Positions 35,080 to 42,087 of a DNA stretch of 42,087 bases are shown here, piece after piece (position 1 is the stretch's first letter; each line of letters begins with the position of its first letter). Under the pieces are notes generated by a model, which worked only from the letters and a program-made list of their open reading frames with translations, was not told where the DNA came from and did not search any database. A program made the position numbers and the translations under genes. The DNA is from Octopus sinensis (Eukaryota): the NCBI RefSeq assembly GCF_006345805.1, contig NW_021835175.1, positions 1 through 42,087 of the forward strand, read 5' to 3'.

Positions 35080-35384
35080 GTAAGTAACCCTTCGACCCCT
35101 CTCCCTCCATCTTTACCCACATCTTTTTTCTCTTTTCTTTCTTTTCCTTTCTCATCTATCTTTTTCCTTGTTTCTTTGAATTTAAATGTTATAAATACAT
35201 AAATAGAGTTTGAATAAATAAATAAATAAAAAGAGAGAAAAGGAAGAGTTAAAACACAGATATTTCAAAGCATCGAGACCCATATAACTACAAACTGATA
35301 TAGAAATACTAATAATATCTTTCAATGCAAGGAACAAAGATTAAAAACCTTTGCATTATCAAAAGCATGCAATATATTAGACGT

Positions 35385-36855
35385 AAGGCGGCGAGCTGGC
35401 AGGATCGTTAGCACGTCGGGCGAAATGCTTAGCGGTATTTCGGCTGCCGTTACGTTGTGAGTTCAAATTCCGCCGAGGTCGACTTTGCCTTTCATCCTTT
35501 CGGGGTCGATAAATTAAGTACCAGTTACGCACTGGGGTCGATGTAATCGACTTAATACCTATGTCTGTCCTTGTTTGTCCCCTCTGTGTTTAGCCCCTTG
35601 TGGGTAATAAAGAAATAGGTATTTCGTCTGTCTTTACGTTCTGAGTTCAAATTCCGCCGGGATCGACTTTGCCTTTCGTCCTTCCTGGGTCGATTAAGTA
35701 AGTACCAGTTCTGCACTGGGGTCGATGTAATCGACTTAATCCGTTTGTCTGTCCTTGTTTGTCCCCTCTGTGTGTGGCCCCTTTGTGGGCAGTAAAGAAA
35801 TAAGAAACGTTAGCACGCCGAGTGAAATGCTTAGTGGTGTTTCGTCTGTCTTTACGTTCTGAGTTTAAATTCCGCAAAGGTGAACTTTGCCTTTCATCCT
35901 TTCGGAGTCGATCAATTTACCAGCTGCGTACTGGTTCAGTCTAATCGACTGGCCCCCACTCTCCACAAATTTAGGGCTTTGTGCATACAGTAGAAAAGAA
36001 TATAGTATATTGGACGTCACTAAGTCGGTGAGCTGGCAGGATCATTAACGTGCCGGCCAAAATGCTTGCGATATTTATTCCGGCTTTACGTTTTGAGCTC
36101 AAATTCCACTGAGATCGACTTTGCCTTGTAACCATTCGGATTCGTTAAAATAGGCATCAATTGAGCACTGAAGTCGATTTAATCGATTCACCCCTATCAG
36201 CAAATTTCAAATCTTACGTCTATAGAAAAGGTTATCCTTATTATTGTGGTTGGAAAGGCGGCGAGCTGGCAGAAACATTAGCACGCCGGGCGAAATGCGT
36301 AGCCGTATATCTGCTGTTACGTTCTGAGTTCAAATTCCGCCGAGGTCGACTTTGCCTTTCATCCTTTCGGAGTCGATAAATTATGTACTAGTTACGCACT
36401 GGGGTCGATATAGTCAACTTAATCCGTTTGCCTGTCCTTGTTTGTCCCCTCTGTGTTTAAGCACTTGTGGGTAATAAAGAAATAGGTATTTAGCCCATCG
36501 CCTTTCATCCTTTCGAGGACGATAAAATAAGTACCAGTTGAACGCTGGGGTCGATGTAATCGACTCATCCCCTCCCCCAGAATTGCTGCCCTTGTGGAAA
36601 AATTTGAAACCATTATTCTTGCTGTTGAAGTTGGTGAGCTAGCAAAATAATCGATATCACGCCGGCAAAAAATGCTTGCGCTGCATTTATTCCGGCTTTA
36701 CGTCCCGAGTTCAAATTCCATCGCAGTCAACTTTGCCTTTTATCTTTTCGTGAGTCCATAAAATAAGTATCAACTAACCACTCAGGGTCGATATAATCGA
36801 CAAGCCATATCTCCCCCAAATTTCAGGCCTTGTGTCTTTGGTAGAAAGTATTATT
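35385..36855 (+). mobile_element. Cluster of about 7 same-orientation family A SINE units
   Basis: Units at about 35385-35617, 35618-35802, 35803-36002, 36020-36243, 36256-36490, 36497-36612 and 36628-36853. Confidence 0.9.
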
Positions 36856-37128
36856 TTTGATGCCACTAATAACAATTTATAATATAGACAAACCACTACA
36901 AATTTTACGAAAGGGAGTGTTCAAATGACGAATGTTCAAATGACGAGTGTTCAAATGACAAATGACCCATTAAAGGATAGTTATTTAATGTTATCGTTAT
37001 CATAACAAAAAGCAACTCAGAAAACCGTCGCGTGACTTCAACTCGGATTATAAGAAGGATGGTTTATTATACATGCAAGTTATATTGTCCACAACTGAAC
37101 CAATTCTTCGATTCACCTTTCAATGATA

Positions 37129-37163
<35 letters not shown>

Positions 37164-37199
37164 GTAATAATAATAATAATAATAATACAGGGACCTTTC

Positions 37200-37420
37200 G
37201 AGTGGGATGGGTTACTCGACCTGAAGAAAATTCTAACTGGGCCCCACCTGCAAGGTCATGTGCTGTTTATTTTGATATGAGATCACCATGTCGCGCACAT
37301 ATGGTTGTGATGCATATGCCTAGTGTACCCTTATCAGACGGGTAGTCATGATGGGTATACTGGGCTTCGTATATTTTACCCCAGTGTCACTTTGATGGCA
37401 TGCACTGCTCTCTCACTCAA
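37200..37420 (+). mobile_element. Retroposon-like 3' tail fragment ending in (AAT)n
   Basis: GC-richer block between (AAT)n tracts ending ..GCACTGCTCTCTCACTC(AAT)n; family not identified. Confidence 0.4.
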
Positions 37421-37428
37421 TAATAATA

Positions 37429-37467
<39 letters not shown>

Positions 37468-37741
37468 CATATAGATGATAACTAAAATGTTGATGGCGAT
37501 GATGATGTTGTTATGATGATAATGATGACAATAATGATTTCTCATATATGTACAGGGCCATGATATTCCAGGAGAAGAAGAATCGATTAAACTTATTCCA
37601 GTATTTAACTGATATAATTTTATTGACCCACGAGATTGTTAAAAATAAAGCCGAGTCGAACCTCGGTGAGGTTTGAACACGGGACGTGAAAGGAAGATTT
37701 AGGGCCACTATTCATTTCCTGAAGCAACCTATCTCTAATTC

Positions 37742-37835
37742 TGAAGAAGAAGAAGAAGAAGAAGAAGAAGAAGAAGAAGAAGAAGAAGAAGAAGAAGAAG
37801 AAGAAGAAGAAGAAGAAGAAGAAGAAGAAGAAGAA
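37742..37835. repeat. (GAA)n microsatellite
   Basis: Directly visible. Confidence 0.97.
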
Positions 37836-37859
37836 AAGGACAAGGAAGAATATGGGCAC

Positions 37860-38080
37860 TGTTATATCTAAATACAAAGACTTGGAGATAGAAGAAGTAT
37901 TGTCTGTGTACAAAGATCTACAGATTGAGGCAGCAAGCAAAGTGGTGGTGGCAGTGGGGGTGGGGAGGCAGGACGGGGGCACGAGCACAGTTGTGGTTCT
38001 TATGGAGATAGGAATTCTGGGAGAAATAAAAACACAGAACCACATGCTAAACAACTTATCAGAGTACCCTCAACCCTAGA
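37860..38080 (+). mobile_element. Possible R4/RLE-type retrotransposon C-terminal relic
   Basis: ISKYKDLEIE..YKDLQIE..TVVVL..IGILGEIK resembles KLSKYKDLEIE..VPVVIGALG at the end of RLE-type ORFs. Confidence 0.45.
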
Positions 38081-38125
38081 AAAAAAAGTTAATAAATAAA
38101 TATGTAAATATATAAGAAAGAATGA

Positions 38126-38165
<40 letters not shown>

Positions 38166-38364
38166 AGGGGAGGGAGGTTCTAAGGGGGGAGCTGAATCCA
38201 TCCTGTCAAATATTCTATCAATAAAAAAAAAATAATCAGTGCGATATAAATGTATACATTTAGTGACAATATTTCGCCCCTTACCCGTTCTCTCTCAAAA
38301 CATGCTTAAATATACGCGCGAACACAAAGATGAGACGGCGGTGGTTGATGTGCGAGTATGTGCT

Positions 38365-38382
38365 GGAGTGTGTGTGTGTGTG

Positions 38383-38413
<31 letters not shown>

Positions 38414-38448
38414 AATGTATCTATTTATCAATCTCTATTATACATAAA

Positions 38449-38511
<63 letters not shown>

Positions 38512-38551
38512 ATAGATAGATAGATAGATATATAGATAGATAGATAGATAG

Positions 38552-38622
<71 letters not shown>
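38365..38622. repeat. (TG)n, (TA)n and (GATA)n compound microsatellite
   Basis: Directly visible. Confidence 0.95.
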
Positions 38623-38912
38623 CACGCAAGTACACACATATACATATACGTGAAAGAGAAACAAAGAAAGAAATTACACGAAAATTTGTTGAGATATTAA
38701 ATGGTAAAATTTCATCAAGAAGAAATGGGATTTTAAATTCAATACGTTTTTTAATAGGGTGATTGTTTTTCTTTCTATATATATATGTATAATTTTTTAC
38801 AGATATTTTTCTTTTTATAATTTCAAATTGACAAATGTGTGGTGTTTCCTGAGATTGAAATGAGAAGTAAAATTCAAATCCATGAAAAATTCAATACAAT
38901 AACAATAAATTT

Positions 38913-39070
38913 AATGGCTGTGTGATTAAGAAAGCCACCTGCAGTTATGTGGTTTCGCTGTTCAGTCCAGCAGTGCGGCATCTCGTGCAAGTGCCTTCTA
39001 CTGTAGCCTCGGACCGACGAATTTCTTGGGCCTAAATTCGGTATACTGAAACCGTGGAAGCACGTCATAT
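38913..39070 (+). mobile_element. SINE family B 5' half, decayed
   Basis: TGGCTGTGTGATTAAG..GTTCAGTCC..GCAAGTGCCTTCTACTGTAGCCTCGG. Confidence 0.7.
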
Positions 39071-39085
39071 ATATTCATATATATA

Positions 39086-39277
39086 CACGCCATGATAGAT
39101 CGTTAGCCACTACACACATTTTTTTTGTCTCCTTTTTTCTGCGTCCCTTTCTGTAGAAGAGCGTAGGCTCGAAACGTAAAAGACTTTTTCTATTCCTGAG
39201 CGTTATACTAATACATCTGTTTGTTTTGTACACCACTTGTCTTCGTCTTTTGTTGTTGCTTTTTCGTGAATTCTCCC
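39086..39277 (+). mobile_element. Family H1 repeat with hammerhead-like motif at 39147-39182
   Basis: CTTT-CTGTAGA-A-GAGC-GTAG-GCTC-GAAAC-GTA-AAAG; 3' end abuts (TA)n. Confidence 0.8.
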
Positions 39278-39306
39278 TATATATATATATATATATATAT
39301 ACACAT

Positions 39307-39350
<44 letters not shown>

Positions 39351-39834
39351 TATAAAATCAAGAGAACGGAGATTTTCCAAATCTACTTCAGCTTAACTTC
39401 GAATGTCACTAAGAAAAGACCCTGGTAAGACTGCACCGACATTAACACCAGTATGTACATTTAACAGTGTGCATTATTATTATTATCATTATTATTATTA
39501 TTATTATTATTATTGATTCGATAAAATAAGTACCACTTGAGTACTTGGGTCGATGTAATCGACTTACGCCCTCCCCGAAATTGCTGGCCTTGTGCCAAAA
39601 TTTGAAATCATCATCATCATTATTATTATTAATACTCTTAATACTTTTTACTCTACGGAATCTAAGCAGTTCTGACTAGGACAATATTATTTACCGAGCG
39701 AGAAAAATCATTAGCGAGTCTAGCAGCTGATTGCTAACGCGGGTGTCACCATCACTCGCTGTGGTTAGCCGGCACATAAAACCGATTTAAGAGAAAAACG
39801 ATAGCCACCAGGATTACATATCCCTTTGAAATCA

Positions 39835-39996
39835 TCCCTACACATTTTTTTTTCACTCTTCGCTTTTACTTTCTCTGTTTTTTCTCTCGTCCCTTTCTGT
39901 CGAAGAACGTAGGCTCGAAACGGCAAAGAGTTTTCCATTCTTCCTGCTTGTTGTTCCCGTACCCGTGTTCGTCTTTTGTTTTCTGTAAACCTGAAC
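39835..39996 (+). mobile_element. Family H1 repeat, diverged
   Basis: CTTT-CTGTCGA-A-GAAC-GTAG-GCTC-GAAAC-GGC-AAAG at 39893-39928. Confidence 0.7.
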
Positions 39997-40026
39997 TCTG
40001 TCTCTCTCTCTCTCTCTCTCGCTCCT

Positions 40027-40067
<41 letters not shown>

Positions 40068-40139
40068 GTCTCTGTCTCTCTCCCTCGCTTTCTCTCTCTA
40101 AGCATTTTCCCCTGCATGCTAAAGATCCTGCCTACTCAC

Positions 40140-40340
40140 CACCTGTCTGTGTCTGTCCCCACACCATCGCTTGACAACCGATGTTGGTGTGTTTATGTCA
40201 CCGAAACTTTGCGGTTCGGCAGAAAGACCGATAGAATAAGTACTAGGCTTACAAAGAATAAGTCCTGGAGTCCATTTATTCGACTAAAGGCAGTACTCCA
40301 GCATGGCCACATTCAAATGACTGAGACGTGTAAAAGACTG
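40140..40340 (+). mobile_element. SINE family B 3' half
   Basis: ATCGCTTGACAACCGATG..GATAGAATAAGTACTAGGCTT..CTCCAGCATGGCCACATTCAAATGACTGA. Confidence 0.85.
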
Positions 40341-40519
40341 AAAGAGTTTATATTACCGTCAACTTCACGGTTTGGTTTTCATTAATACGTATCCTTTGGC
40401 ATTTCCCTAGCGTTTTTTATCCATAATGTGAATAGTTAACTTCTTACTCTTATTCATGCATGTGATATTTCCTTTGTAATCTCTTATAGACATGTTTATC
40501 ATATTCATTAGTTCGGCGG

Positions 40520-40913
40520 AGTTGTGGAGGCGCAATGGCCCAGTGGTTAGGGCAGCGGGCTCGCGGTCGTAGGATCGCGGTTTCGATTCCCAGACCGGGC
40601 GCTGTGAGTGTTTATTGAGCGAAAACACCTAAAAGCTCCACGAGGCTCCGGCAGGGATGGTGGTGATCCCTGCTGTACTCTTTCACCACAACTTTCTCTC
40701 ACTCTTACTTCCTGTTTCTGTTGTACCTGTATTTCAAAGGCCGGCCTTGTCACTCTCAGTGTCACACTCTGAATATCCCCGAGAACTGCGTTAAGGGTAC
40801 ACGTGTCTGTGGAGTGCTCAGCCACTTACACGTTAATTTCACGAGCAGGCTGTTCCGTTGATCGGATTAACCGGAACCCTCGTCGTCGTAACCGACGGAG
40901 TGCTTCCAAAAAA
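40520..40913 (+). mobile_element. tRNA-derived SINE family C, full length
   Basis: Box A TGGCCCAGTGG, box B GGTTTCGATTCC; 10-bp TSD AGTTCGGCGG at 40510-40519 and 40914-40923. Confidence 0.92.
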
Positions 40914-41129
40914 AGTTCGGCGGGGCCACTGGCTAACAAGACACAGTCATATCGAATCACCGGTTGCTCCAAAGTCTCATGCGCTAATGTATCGAGTGTT
41001 ATGAACACACATTCTTCGCAAAGGAGTTATTCTTCTGTGACGAAACACACCAGGTATTCGCATATTCCCATACCTATAGATTATGTGTGTGTGCGCGCGT
41101 ATATGTGCGTGCGAGTGCGCACGCGCATC

Positions 41130-41319
41130 AGTTATCATTTACCATTAGCATGCGGTCATGCTGGTCCGCACCTTAAAGAATTTTGAGTAATCGACCCCAG
41201 TGCTTATTTTTTCTTAGGCCTGATACTTATTCTATCGGGCTCTTTTGTCAGACAGCTAAGATACGGGAACGGAAACAGCAGCACCTGGTGGGAGAAAACA
41301 CAAACACAATGACACACAC

Positions 41320-41415
<96 letters not shown>

Positions 41416-41417
41416 AT

Positions 41418-41464
<47 letters not shown>

Positions 41465-41600
41465 CTAGCTTCTTTCATTGTCCGTCTGCTAAATCCGCTC
41501 ACAAAACTTTGGTGGGTCAAAGGCTACAGTAGAAGACATTTTCACAAGATGCTATGCTGTGAACTGAACCCAGAATCATGTGGTTGGGAAAAAAATATTT
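41130..41600 (-). mobile_element. Decayed SINE family B, split by (TATC)n/(TC)n/(TA)n
   Basis: Tail at about 41130-41290 and head at about 41465-41600 are both on the minus strand, with the microsatellite expanded at the family's internal simple-repeat position. Confidence 0.65.
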
Positions 41601-41911
41601 TTACCACACAGCTAGACCTGTATGCATGTCTGAGTGTGTATTTGTGTGTGTGTGTGAGTGAGGGAGAGAGAGAGGCAAATTATCTCCCTGTGCACGCTAT
41701 GGCCGAACGGATGAAAGGTAAAGTTGACCTCGGCGAGATTTGAACTCAGAACGCAGGAGCAAGAACTGCAAAACAATCTAGCTTACGTCCTAATAACTAT
41801 GCCATTTGCAACCTTTAATGATTAAATCACATGCAGATTTCTATCAAGTCACAAAGTACGAGAAATACAGCCACTCTTATAACTGATTTGTACTCAAGAC
41901 ATACATATACA

Positions 41912-42087
41912 GGGCAGGAGTGGCTGTGTTGTAAGTAGCTTGCTAACCAACCACATGTTCCGGGTTCAGTCCCACTGCGTGGCATCTGGGCAAGTGTCTT
42001 CTGCTATAGCCCCGGGCCGACCAATGCTTGTGTTGATTTGGTAGACGGAAACTGAAAGAAGCCCGTCGTATATATGTATATATATAT
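41912..42087 (+). mobile_element. SINE family B (CORE-like) 5' half, runs off the window
   Basis: TGGCTGTGTTGTAAG box A, GGGTTCAGTCCC box B, TGGGCAAGTGTCTTCT resembles the CORE motif TTGGGCAAGT. Confidence 0.9.

Noticed and set aside
35385-36855. CRISPR-like or satellite array
   Set aside because: The units are SINE bodies of variable length and age without a repeat-spacer structure, and the DNA is eukaryotic.
37686-37871. Poly-Glu ORF and antisense poly-Phe ORF
   Set aside because: Produced by the (GAA)n microsatellite.
40547-41186. Overlapping 92-aa and 127-aa ORFs
   Set aside because: They lie in SINE C and its flank; the GC-rich SINE sequence explains the scarcity of stops.

Overview
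AT-rich, non-coding eukaryotic DNA (intronic or intergenic), most likely from an octopus/coleoid cephalopod. This assignment comes from my recognition of the SINE families and the compound (TA)n/(CA)n/(GATA)n microsatellites, not from a search. No intact protein-coding gene is present, and most ORFs in the track are microsatellite artefacts. The window is a mosaic of four tRNA-derived SINE families, decayed CR1-group and R4/Dong-like LINE fragments, several Tc1/mariner relics and MITEs, and non-autonomous Helitron-like elements. One 129-bp candidate host exon lies at 34951-35079. The most interesting signal is a set of short dispersed repeats, mostly abutting (TA)n tracts, that each carry a minimal type-I hammerhead-ribozyme-like fold. 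They fall into several unrelated families with different core variants (A6U, canonical, U3-A8) and compensatory stem changes, and look like non-autonomous derivatives of Penelope-like elements. Other notable items are an intron-containing Tc1 transposase relic with a SINE inside its intron, and a covarying 3' stem-loop shared between a SINE and a CR1-type LINE.
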